NCBI GenBank assembly: GCA_002633005.1
Contig: NMRA01000182.1
Location: 665,768 to 729,767, forward strand
Reading direction: 5' to 3'
Length of the DNA: 64,000 nt
DNA from: Phoronis australis
Lineage: Eukaryota > Animalia > Phoronida
Shown: positions 1 through 10,900 of the stretch, one piece after another
Layout of the letters: each line of letters opens with the position of its first letter
Position numbering within the stretch: the first letter of the stretch is position 1
The notes under the pieces: generated by a model
The model's database searches: none
The model's input: only the letters and a program-made list of their open reading frames with translations
What the model was told of the DNA's origin: nothing
Made by a program: the position numbers and the translations under genes

Positions 1-2307
1 TGGTGCCAAACCCGGTCACGCCATGAAAAGCAAACAACGAAGTTGCTAAGTCTCGTAGTAGTTTGTTGAAAAGTGCTTCAGTAGGTATATATGACATCAG
101 TAAGATATGCTCACGTTGCATTTGTTGGAAGTGCCATACCAGAAGCAGAAGAACATCGGGTGACCCTGGAAAACACGACTGACTGTGGACAGCATGCAGT
201 ATCAATCTTGTATCTGGATCTTCATTTGTGGATTTCAGAGTCCTCAAATCAGTCATATCCTTAGATGATTTAATTGACTTTCAGCTCATCTTTGAACCCT
301 CCGGCAACCATAACCTCTTTATCTTCAGGTGTCTACAAACACAGTTCCTCTGACAAGAAATGTGCTAGGTCTGCTTTATTCTCAGCCAGTATCCGAAAAT
401 TTGACCAGTTTTGAGGAAGAGGTACATCACGGCCTTCCAAAAATCACCTGATTTACCGTGTTCCTTTACTGCGCTGTTTTTTTTGTTGTGTCCTTCATTG
501 TTTCTTGTCTGTATCTGTCGAATACAATATCAATTTTATGATATCGAAATTCTGTGTTTAGCACTGTTTTCATGAATGAATCAGCCAGATCTTCGAAGGT
601 CACATCACCATCAGGCTTCCCAAGAGTTACCAGCAATGCTTCGCTATCAATAATGAGGCAAGCGGACGTGTCATGAAGCTGAATTGCTTCAGGACAGTAG
701 ACGTGATAGCTACTAATACTTCGACAAGTGAAGATTTATATCCAGTGCGCAATGTACCACTCGCTTCTGCAAGACAACATGGACTGGAAGAAGCTCGCGT
801 TTGAGCACAGATGGCAAATCAACTGGCCGACCCGCTTCATAAGCCGTAGCTAGACAGCGAAGTATATCCCTGTCTACCTTAATAACTATATGATATCTCA
901 GATGCAATGAGAGTGTCCACCTCCATAGAGCTGACGTGGTTTTGGTATTAACGATGATGCCACCTCTGTTTTCCTGCCCCATCTACCCATTGGTCAGAAT
1001 CTACCTGACAGAGCATATGAGGAGATCGCTTGACTACAAAATTCCTGCTTGAACCTCTGACCAAACAGACTGTGGAAGCTGATGCATCTCGACTAAAAAG
1101 ACCGCACCCCACTCGGGCATAATTCGGTGGGGCAGCATGAGAGTAAATGAATAGAGATGCAGTTCCCAAATGCCGTCCCGTTGAGAGCATTGTGTACTTT
1201 AACAATATTAGAACCATGTCCATGTAACTCCACCAGAAGCTGAAATTCACATCATCAGACTTAATGTTGACAATGTTATCAATTCCGGAATTTTCTGTGG
1301 ATCATCTGCAGACATACTGGAAATACAAGCATGACAGTCGCTTCTGCAATGAACGAGAGAAGGCTTGGCACCAGAAGATGCCACAGAGCTTGCAAAGACA
1401 GTTTGTTTGCCCTCATACTGTAGCTTTGCTGTACGACTTTCCACTGAGGACCAGTTCCATATGTCTTGACCAAGTACTGCACTCTCTATTCACACCTCAG
1501 CTATTCCGGAATCACTCGTGTGATCTTCTATGGCCTTGATGAAGTTCACTGATACGTGAAGTACCACTAAACGAGGTACTGTATTAACATATTTTGGTAT
1601 TCTGGGACCGCCCACGTAAGCTCCATTAATCTGCAACAGAGTGCTTGGTTGACTGTGAGGACGGCATGTTCCTGTCCAAAATGGGACGATATGGCCATGC
1701 ATCTCTTTAAAACAGTATTTAAAAGTCATGTTGTTATGTTTACAGTACTTTATGTCTTACCTAAATTGTGAGATGTTCGCAAAAAAGCATTGATAATTAA
1801 TTTTCAGGCTTTATTAATGAGCATAAATTGCAACTTAGTGAAGATGAAATAAAAAGCTTCACATGTGCCATAATGATTTTTCTAGACCTTCAAAATATAG
1901 GTATAGACACTTTATTTGTCATGATTGCCTGCAATTTGATAACGTTACACCTATATTTGAATTTTTCGGTAATGGCGGAAGCTAATTAGCATACTTGGGA
2001 ATTTAATGACGTTCTTTAAAATGTTCTCAAAATTAAGTGATCTAAACACACTTATACTATGTTTTTGAAGCACAAATTTCCTAATTATTCGTCACATATT
2101 GTACTCCTGGTCCCACGAATGTTTCTTATCTTATTGCTTTGGCGGCCATTTTGTTTATGCAAATTAGACGGTCAAAAACTCAAAATCCAGCTTGGGAACA
2201 GGCATAATCGAAATCAGCACATCGTAATTATGCTAAAAAGATAGGTTCTCCACTTTTACTAAAAAATGCCTCTAACATGCACATTTTCCAGAAATGCGAC
2301 TAGACTA
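1..2307 (-). mobile_element. Decayed AcademX-type DNA transposon (transposase plus XPG/FEN1-like nuclease remnants), running off the left edge
   Basis: Frameshifted minus-strand fragments: VPRLVVLHVSVNFIKAI, MRANKLSLQALW, FSFWWSYMDMVLILLKY, NYAR, NFVVKRS, GGIIVNTKTTSALWRWTLS (transposase part), then FDRY, NKADLAHFL, NEDPDTRLILHA, AFHGVTGFGT (XPG/H3TH-like EEADTR and GCD motifs). The + strand ends ...GCGACTAGACTA at 2307, i.e. a 5'-TAG terminus on the minus strand, as expected for Academ. Confidence 0.75.
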
Positions 2308-2439
2308 TAACTAAAGAATACGGCGATGACCGGGCCACTGGTTCGATAACTGTAAGTGGCCTAAATCAAAAGTGACCGTACTTTGAAGGCGGAGTTATGC
2401 CGTCGGTTTCCGTCGCCGAGTGTGTGGGCTGCTGTATCT

Positions 2440-2870
2440 CCAAACACCATGCCGACTTCATGTGAAATTTCTGTCATGGATGTCGTGTGACGGCACGAGC
2501 GAAGGACGACTACTGCTGAGCCCCTTAGTGGCAATTTTATTTTTTTGTGTTAGTCTCGATATTTATCGAGTTCTGTGACGAATTTTCATGTTTGGCACAT
2601 ATAGTTGTTTATTGAGATTGTTTGCGGGCCTATGTCTGCCAAACCTCTTTAAGGATTGTTATGAAATTCCATGTGTTTTCTACTAAATGATCGTGGCTGA
2701 TGTTGATTTTGCTAAGGTTCGAACTACTGTAACCCCCGTGTGGCAATTTAGACTTTCTTTACGTAGGTCTCTATGCTACGTAATTTCTTGATCGATTTTC
2801 ATGAAATTTGGCTAATAGGTTTCTGTAAGGAGACGATGACACGTTCTCATTTTCGAATAGATTCAACAAG
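2440..2870. repeat. Degenerate ~140-150 bp tandem units of an interspersed repeat (Helentron-associated/HINE-like); related copies at ~19440-19745 and ~21562-22360
   Basis: Recurrent motifs GACTACTG..CCCC..GTGGCAATTTTAG and TTTTCATGAAATTTGGC in all three regions; TA/TG microsatellite at ~19445-19490. Confidence 0.5.
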
Positions 2871-3091
2871 GTATATGCTGCATGGTAGTAAACACTGACG
2901 TAGTAGTTTTGCTGTCCCATTCAAAACATGTATAAACCCATGTACCATCATAAAAAAGTTTGACCACTTCTGTCGTTATGTCGTTTGTTCCTTACATGCG
3001 GGCTTCCAAACACAGCTCGCTATTGTTTGAAATCAGGCCCTTCAAGTTGGCTTAGGCACGTCATCTTGTAAGCCGAGCATTGTCTTCAAGA

Positions 3092-3289
3092 AGGCCCTTT
3101 CATACTATCGTTGACGCGTCGATGTTATGGGGTGTTGCGGTCGGTATGAACGGTAACTTCTGTCCTGGATCGAAGTTAACAACGCCAGCTAACTTCTTCA
3201 CAGTAAACAGGTGGATTTAGCAGCGGAGTGTCGACGGTCCCATCGAAGTTATCGCCAGGGGCCACTGTTATCGTCAACAATTAAAAGGC
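3092..3289. mobile_element. Small degenerate MITE with Harbinger-like terminus
   Basis: Left GGCCCTTTCATACTATCGTTGACG partly matches the reverse complement of right GTTATCGTCAACAATTAAAAGGC; no clear TSD. Confidence 0.3.
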
Positions 3290-3505
3290 AGTGTCGTCGC
3301 AAATAGCTGCTTATATTTTGCTCGAATAATCACCAATCGAATTAGAAATAAGTTTTGTGTCAATTAGCACATTTTAATGTTCCCAAATTGTAACATTAAA
3401 AAAGTCTTAGCGTGCACGCGATGCATCAGCACTACCTTGCGATTACTTCGATAACAACAGCGTCACATGCCGTTTACTTTGATGTACGGTACCGAAGCCG
3501 GTATG

Positions 3506-3609
3506 CATGGGAGGCGCAGCACTGAAAAAAGTGGGGGGGGGGGGGNGTGGCGTACTGAAAAAAGTGTGAGGCTATAGCCCCCAAGCCCCCCTTTGGTGCG
3601 CCCGCCATG
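3506..3609. mobile_element. Short GC-ended MITE with 5-bp TSD (GTATG)
   Basis: CATGGGAGGCGCA...TGCGCCCGCCATG ends; GTATG at 3501-3505 and 3610-3614; contains an N inside a poly-G run. Confidence 0.6.
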
Positions 3610-4326
3610 GTATGAACCAACAGTAATCCCAAACATGCATTTTTCTGCCATAAAACCGACAATCATGAGGTTCTTCGTCTCAGTTCCCAACCGTCAGCAT
3701 TTGGGATTTGCGGGAATAGCGAAAGCGACTCCTCATGACTCAGTGATTTCTTTTGTTAGGAGATCGGGGGAAAAGTGGATGCCACTGGTAACACTCTGCC
3801 TACAGTTAAACAAAAAATTAGCGCATTGCTGGCCATATTTGGAATTGTCGTCAAGTTACTTTAGAGGTAGAATTTTAGAGCTAGAACATCTAAACAGTCT
3901 ACTTTTCTTGTGCTGTCAACAAATCACAAATATGCTGTCAAACAACTAATTTTAGTCATAGATACCTCAGTTTTTCAGTGTATTGACACTTTTCGTCTGC
4001 TCCTAGCAATAACTATAATGAGTGGTGGTTGGCCAGTAACTCAAAGCATATCACTTACACATCAACACCTCTGTCAGCCTGTCTCGTGACAGTAGTAGTG
4101 TAGTACTAGTAGTAGAAGTATGGCTCCCACCCACAGGGTCAGTGAGTACCGCTGAAGAAACAGGAAGCACTTTTATCATTGACAGTTTTAGGCAAGAAAT
4201 GTATTTTTGAAGATGTAAAAATCTCTTATATCACATCCAAAACAGAACTACCATCTTCAATAGTCAAGATTATGCTCCGTGAACGAAATCAAGTGAACAA
4301 AACCACGTCGTCGTATTTCCTTTCAG

Positions 4327-7300
4327 TTGTTATGCCAATGGATAGGCCCCCATTTGGAGTTGGGAAGAACAGTGTCTTTAGAGAAAAAGGTTTTGGCCAC
4401 AGTTTGGGTATTAGCCAACAAGGAATCGTTTCGAGGTGTGGCAGACCGGTTTGACCTATCCAAAGGGTCACTGCACAGAGTCGTATATCATGTGTGTGAT
4501 GTTCTATTCAATCTTCGTGGTAAGTGTTATATCTTTTCTTTGCACTTTTGCCGTTCACTAACATCCGCTTAACTTGTTATGGGCCTGCATCGTGATCATT
4601 TGTACTAATCCCTGAGTATGCTTGAACAATGGAAACATTGTACTGTGAAAATTATTCAATTTCGGACAAAAATAACAGGTAAATTTGCAATATTTACACT
4701 TTTCATTGCTTTTCCAAATTGTTGAAATACTCAAAATAAACTTGATGATTGTTAATAGCTACACCATACAAACTTTTGTCAGAAAAGGGATTTCTATTGA
4801 GAAATGTGACAATCTGAAGAATTTTTAGGGTAATTGAGAATTGACAAAATATTGCATTTCTTTTGAAGGAAGCTGTGTTGAAGAATACGAAATTAGATGT
4901 CATTGGCAAGAATTCTGAGAGTGTGTACAGTTTTGAAAAATAATTTATTTCAGTAGGTCACCTAAGACTTGAAGCCTCAACTATGTGGCAATAGAAGACT
5001 GAATTGGCCTTTACAATTTACAGGGAAACCAGGAAATATATGGCAGAGTCTTCTTCATAGTTCCCATTTCCACACTGAACTTGCCTTTACAATTCCTTCT
5101 AAATGCACATGTGACGATCTTTCTATTAAAGCTACAACGGTAACAGTTTGATGTCATTACCAACTTAAGTTGTTTGGAAATACAGTTGTCAACACATGTT
5201 ATTTGTGTATCTGATGTATTTTCATGATAAACCTGTGAACACTAATCAGTAGTGAAGACAGCAATATCACCACCTCGTGATGAGTTACCATCCTTTTTGC
5301 AATGTACGTTTTTAATGTCATAGTGTGCCATTTCTTGAATGAATATCACACTTTGACCACATTTCAAAAATATCTTAGGTACTGTTATTGGTTATGCATG
5401 GTTTAAATTCCTTTTCCTCTGCATGCAGTCTTGTTGCAGTTAACACTCAAACTTTTATGTTAAATGCATGCACGATTTGTAAATGTGTTTGCTTTGATAT
5501 GATGGTCTGAGTAAATTAATAACATCATGCTGATAGAAGATCCATTGAGCCCTACAGGTATGAATTGCTGTGTGTGACCAATATCCGACACAAACTTCAT
5601 GACCAGTGGGGTCTTTAGTGAAGTTAAGTGTGTAACCTTGTAGACATTTAAATGGATTAATGTCACTGGATGACTTAGGAGACACTGTTGCTTGTAACTT
5701 TATTGCACTTGTACAATACATTAACAAAACAGAATTGTTCAATAGGCTTTGAGGTTGTTAGATTTTTGGCCATGAAGAAATGTAATCCGTCATATTCATT
5801 ACTTGCTGTTTCATATTACACAAGGCATATTTATTTCAGTTTTTGGCAATGCTTACCGTGTAATTATTAGTAGCAATGTTTCCTTAAATATTCTTGACTG
5901 TCAACAAGAAAAAAATCACTGAAGATTGCTAGTCATTAATTTTGTTTTTTCAACATATTTTGTAATAAAAAATGTAATTGTAGATGATGTTATCAAGTGG
6001 CCTGGAGCTGGAGACTGGTCAAGCCTAGCAAGGGAGTACCAGCGTACTGCTGGCATTCCAGGAGTCATAGGTGCCATAGATGGCACTTATATCAAGATAA
6101 ATGGAGTGAATAGGGAGACCAGAGATGCATATATATGCAGGAAAGGGTTTCCTGCGATGCACCTATAGGTGGCGTTTCCTACTGAATGATGTTCTTTCCT
6201 GTCTTTACCATTATGTAAAGGGTCTCATTCATTTGAGACAGTGTGGCTCTGTGGTTAGAGCTCCAGGCTCCCCCATGAAAGACCTGGGTTCAAGTCCTGG
6301 CTTCACTGGCTGACATTCGAGCATTGCACAATGATGGCTCATATTCCACTGAGCTCGGTCTTACTTGTCAATGTGTACAAGGGAGTGAATGAAAACCTGT
6401 AGAGGAGGACCATGCTTTATATAAGCCTTGGATAAAGCATGTTTCCTTTTAAAATATATACAAGTTATCTTAATTTGTTGGTAATTTATTGAATATACCC
6501 CAAAGATGATCACATAGGGCATCATTTGCCATGTCCTCAATAGAAAGGTATCTGCTCTATTTTTATGGAAATTTGTCAAGGAAATCTGACTGTGTTAATG
6601 TAAATGTAAAAAATTTAAAGAGCCACCAGGGGACATAGTTGTTCCCGCATCTGTCTGAAATTATTCGTAGTTGGTCAACACCTTTATAGGGAAAGATTTG
6701 TTATGTTTAGTGAAGATCTTGCAAGGGGTTATGGATACACAGCAGCAGAACTACGGGCATCCAAGTAGTTGGGTTCTTCTGAAAATTTGTGGCAGTAGGA
6801 ACCAATATGCTAATTTTCTAAACGATCCTTTTAGTGGTTTGCATAATACAGAAGCAGAAACCAAAAAATAGAGAATCTAGCAGAATTGGATTCTTTTGAC
6901 AAACCTTTTCAACCTTGTACCCAATGCTGACATTTAAAAACTATGGATAGTTGTCCACATTGATTGTGTGGTTTGGCACCTTTTTATTTACTTTCATGTA
7001 CAAAAATCAACTGTCGATGTATGATGGATGAACTTTCACCAACTCATCAATGGTGCATAAAATCATAGTTTGCAATATTGTTGGTGTCTCTCATAAATCG
7101 AATTGTTTCATAAATCCATGTTGTTCATTATCTCACTTCTGTCCAGGCAATCAACAACATGACCTGGGCGAAAGTCACTTAGTGTAATAATTTGAACTGG
7201 TTTGTACTGAAAATGATTTGGGCGTACTATCAATTTAAAGGTTGTCTGCAATAGAAGGTTGCTCTTCACCGATGTCTTCTGTGGTTATCTTGGATCAACA

Positions 7301-7765
7301 CACGACAGTCGTGCGTTTGGGAACTCGCCTCTAGGTCAATCTTTGGAATCGTTGACTGATAGATTGCCAGCAGACTACCATCTAATTGGAGACTCTGCTT
7401 ATCGAAACAAGTACTATATGTTGGTTCCGTTTCGCGATAATGGGCATCTTACAGAAACAGAAAATAACTTCAATGTAGCACATGCAAGAACACGCTGCGA
7501 TGTAGAACGATCTATTGGACTTCTGAAAGGTAAATTTCGTCGACTGAAAGATATGGAAATGACTAATGAAACAAATATTGTAAGGTTCATATTCAGTAGC
7601 TGTGTTCTGCATAACTTCATCATTATGAATAAAGAGGGTGAGGGTGATGATGATGAAGAATGGGATGAGTGCGGTGACAGTGATGATGAATGTGATGATA
7701 GTTGTGGTGACAACTGTCATGGTGAGGCTTTAGAGAAACGCTTGGAAATAGCACACTCCTTGTAA
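4327..7765 (+). pseudogene. Harbinger (HARBI1-like, DDE_Tnp_4 type) transposase; exons 4327-4519, 5984-6168, 7241-7765; in-frame TAG at 6166-6168; 5' exon(s) not found
   Basis: Canonical AG/GT sites with matching phases. HTH LANKESFRGVADRFDLSKGSLH; catalytic GAIDGTYI, GSTHDSR, LIGDSAY, VERSIGLLKGKFRRL, CVLHNF; acidic C-terminus. RKGFPAMHL* lies where MHLQ|VVC is expected (CAG>TAG). Confidence 0.92.
6236..6420 (+). mobile_element. tRNA-derived SINE in a transposase intron
   Basis: A-box-like TGGCTCTGTGGTTAGAGC and B-box GGTTCAAGTCC at tRNA spacing, no clean acceptor stem, followed by unrelated body sequence; 3' end approximate. Confidence 0.6.
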
Positions 7766-7915
7766 GGAAATGAAATCCTTGAACATTAGGTTACAAGCCA
7801 ATGCCCACAAGAACATTGTCTTTTATTTGGTCACCAAGTATAATTTTTGTTTTTAGTCAGGTATGGTTGGTAGTTACATTTTTCTTATTTATCTTGCACA
7901 TGAACCCATGCCTCC

Positions 7916-10900
7916 CTAAGCTAAACGTTTTCCTATTTGTTTAGAGGCATTCCTAATATTCTCTACATTTTTTTTTCGAATTCTTACTTTTTTGTCGAGA
8001 TTTGATGATGAGTGAATTCTTGAACCTACATGTAACAAAGAAACATTTAGTTATCACATACATAGTACAATAATCATGCTAATTGTACTTACGAGTCAGC
8101 AACTTGTGTCTTCCGTTCATGCATTTGCAGCTTTCCCTTGCATTACCTACATGATTTAGCTTTGTTGAACCCCCTCTAGTGGTGTATAGAGTTACTTGCC
8201 TCCTTCGTTCCCTTTCTAATAAACACCTAACCAATGGTATTTTTGTTTTTATGCCCTCCTTGCACAGCCCACACACTGCTAGACTGGTGCCAAGACCATG
8301 ATAAAGTTAAGTTTACATTACGGTACAAGAAAAAAGTTAATTTTTAAATTACAAGGTACTTAGGCATTTGAAACGTTATGTGGTCATTTTGAGTATACAT
8401 ATATTGATCTTAAAGGCGAAGGCAACCTTTTTCATGTCTTTTTTAGCAAAACTAATGTTCGTTGGTTATCCCGGACACATTTTCCAGTTAATTACAGCTT
8501 TTTGTAATTTAATTAATTATTCGTTGTCTACTCCGGAAGTGACGGTTTGGGAGGCAAGGATTTCCCGCCTATTTCTTTTCGTATAGTCTGACTGTGAGAG
8601 CTGCCAAGTCAGTCATTGTTTTATCTCGGTTTTGATAAGTTCGGTCATCGTGTGATTTTGTTTACGAGTCAGTCAACATGCCATACTGTTGCTGCGTACC
8701 GGGATGTACTCGTTATCGTTTCACGAACAGAGGAACAACTGTCCCACTTGCCCGAGTGTCCGCGACACACTCCCACTGATAGTGACCTGAGCACACAAAC
8801 TGTTTCCATCCTGCCGTGTGACTCCTCACCACACACCTGGCACCTTCTAAATAGCTCCAATACTTTAGACAAGTCCACAATAAACTTATCAAAGTTTGGC
8901 TCACCGATCTGTTCATTGAACGACGAACTGTCCTCTTCACTGGGTTTCGAACGGGGCCTGTATTCACTCCCACTACTCAACNTCAAAATCCTGGATCTGC
9001 CTCTGACCCTTGCGCCACATTTCGTCAAAATCTTACCAGGGTTTTTGAGACATCGAGTGGCACATGAAATCACAATTTGAAGGTTGTTAGAAATGTACAT
9101 AGACAAGCATTCCTTTAGAGAATTAGACAACATTGTTTAATAGATTACAATCCAGGAAAATGGCCAATTGTCAAAATGCCAAATTTATGCCCCATAGCAC
9201 TTCATAACCATGCAATTTTGTTCGAAACATCCTGAAAAATGTAGGAGTTGCACACATACATAATAATGGTTAAATTTACCATGTCCCTTTTATGTGGCAT
9301 AACTATTAGTTCACCTCGAGCTCACCAATCATTTCTAATCTATGTGAGGGAGAGGACAAGACCATTGAATACCTGTGATCAACAATACTCTTTCGTCCTT
9401 TAAATGAACTAAATTTCAGTAACAAATATACTAATTGGACCATGCCGTCAGTTGATGTTAGTTTTCAACTCAGTCAACAATGCCAAAGCAAATACATTAA
9501 CAAAGAAATATCTGCCATTGGCATGATCAAGTGAGTATTAACTGCAGGCAATACACAGTCAATTATGCACCACAAAAAGAGCAATGAAGAGAACCCAACA
9601 TTAACATGTGATTGGCTAAAACTTTGAAACCATTTTTAACTTGATACCAGAAATCCCTTCCTTTGACGAAATAGTTACAGTGGGAGTAACAGCCGGATCT
9701 CCACTTAGAATCTCGTCCATCACTTCAAAGTATTCCCAAGTTCGTCGCCCCTGACCTGTTTTTGCGTGACGATCCTTTACTGTCTTATACCTAAAGCATA
9801 TCAATCATGACCACATTAGAAAGATAGACCACAATGAGGTGGATATATTACTGAGACGCACACATCAATCAGATATATGTTGTCACTTACACAAAATGAC
9901 TCATTTAAGACATGAGCCAACAAGAGACTATGACAAAGCAGCTCATTTCAGGCAAGTCGTGTCAGGAAATGGATGGCAAGCTTAGAAGTACAAATATTTG
10001 AATCAAAGTTGAAACATTTAACCCACCTGAACTTCATGTTGTCAAACTTTTTTAGACAGAATTCCCAAGACATTTGGATGCCCTTTGACTTCATGTCATC
10101 TGAAATGGCTGTCCAGAAATCTTTCCTCTTAGGGTATGCATTCTTTACATGCTTTCGGTTACGATAACACTCCAGTAACATCTTAACATTGTCCGGAGTC
10201 CACTTACTTACACCTTCAGATTCTGAAAGTAAACAGAAGTACTACATTAAAAATGTCTCATTAAATCGTGAATATGCAAATTAAGTACTACTTTACAAAC
10301 AACCACAGGTCTTCCGGTGAGCTGGAAATCATCAAAGAATCAGTCACACCATTACAATCTTGCGAAAGTCTTGTTTAGTCTATTTTTATGCCAATGAGTA
10401 TGGCAATATGTCATTGTTACCCTAATAAAACAAGGCACAGGCGTGCGTTCAGTAGACAATAGGACCTACGCTAGGACCTAGCTAAAACCTAGTCAAAGTC
10501 ACGTGTTCTCATTTAAAATGCAATATCTCACGTTATCTCGCGAAGTCTTGCTTTTTAGCGAGGTCCCTAACGTTACTGAACGGGAGACAGGTTTCAATGA
10601 TTATTTGTTCATTTCACTATCAAATAATGATTGCATAATATTTGGAACAACTAGGGTTTCCAATATGTTCACAAGTGTTTTTCAGTGTATCAGTTGTGAT
10701 GTTTTCTTAAAAAACTTGATTTATTTACAAATTGTTTGTTTTTCTGATTATACTTGTACACACAGTTCTCCATGAAGTTACAAGATGGCACTTGCTACAA
10801 ATTTGAATATTCACAGTTACATAGCATCCAATGCAATGAGTCAGTTTTGTCTTCTTTGTATGTGACACTGCACAATTAAATTAACAGCCAAGGTCATAGG

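Noticed and set aside
2300-4326. Left TIR and first exon of the Harbinger element
   Set aside because: No match to GCGTGCGTTCAGTA and no convincing FRM-type exon found; may be deleted or lost at the N at 3546.
6236-6310. tRNA gene
   Set aside because: A and B boxes are present, but there is no proper acceptor stem or oligo-T terminator; treated as a SINE head.
7382-7720. Minus-strand ORFs over the transposase last exon
   Set aside because: Antisense shadows of the real coding exon.
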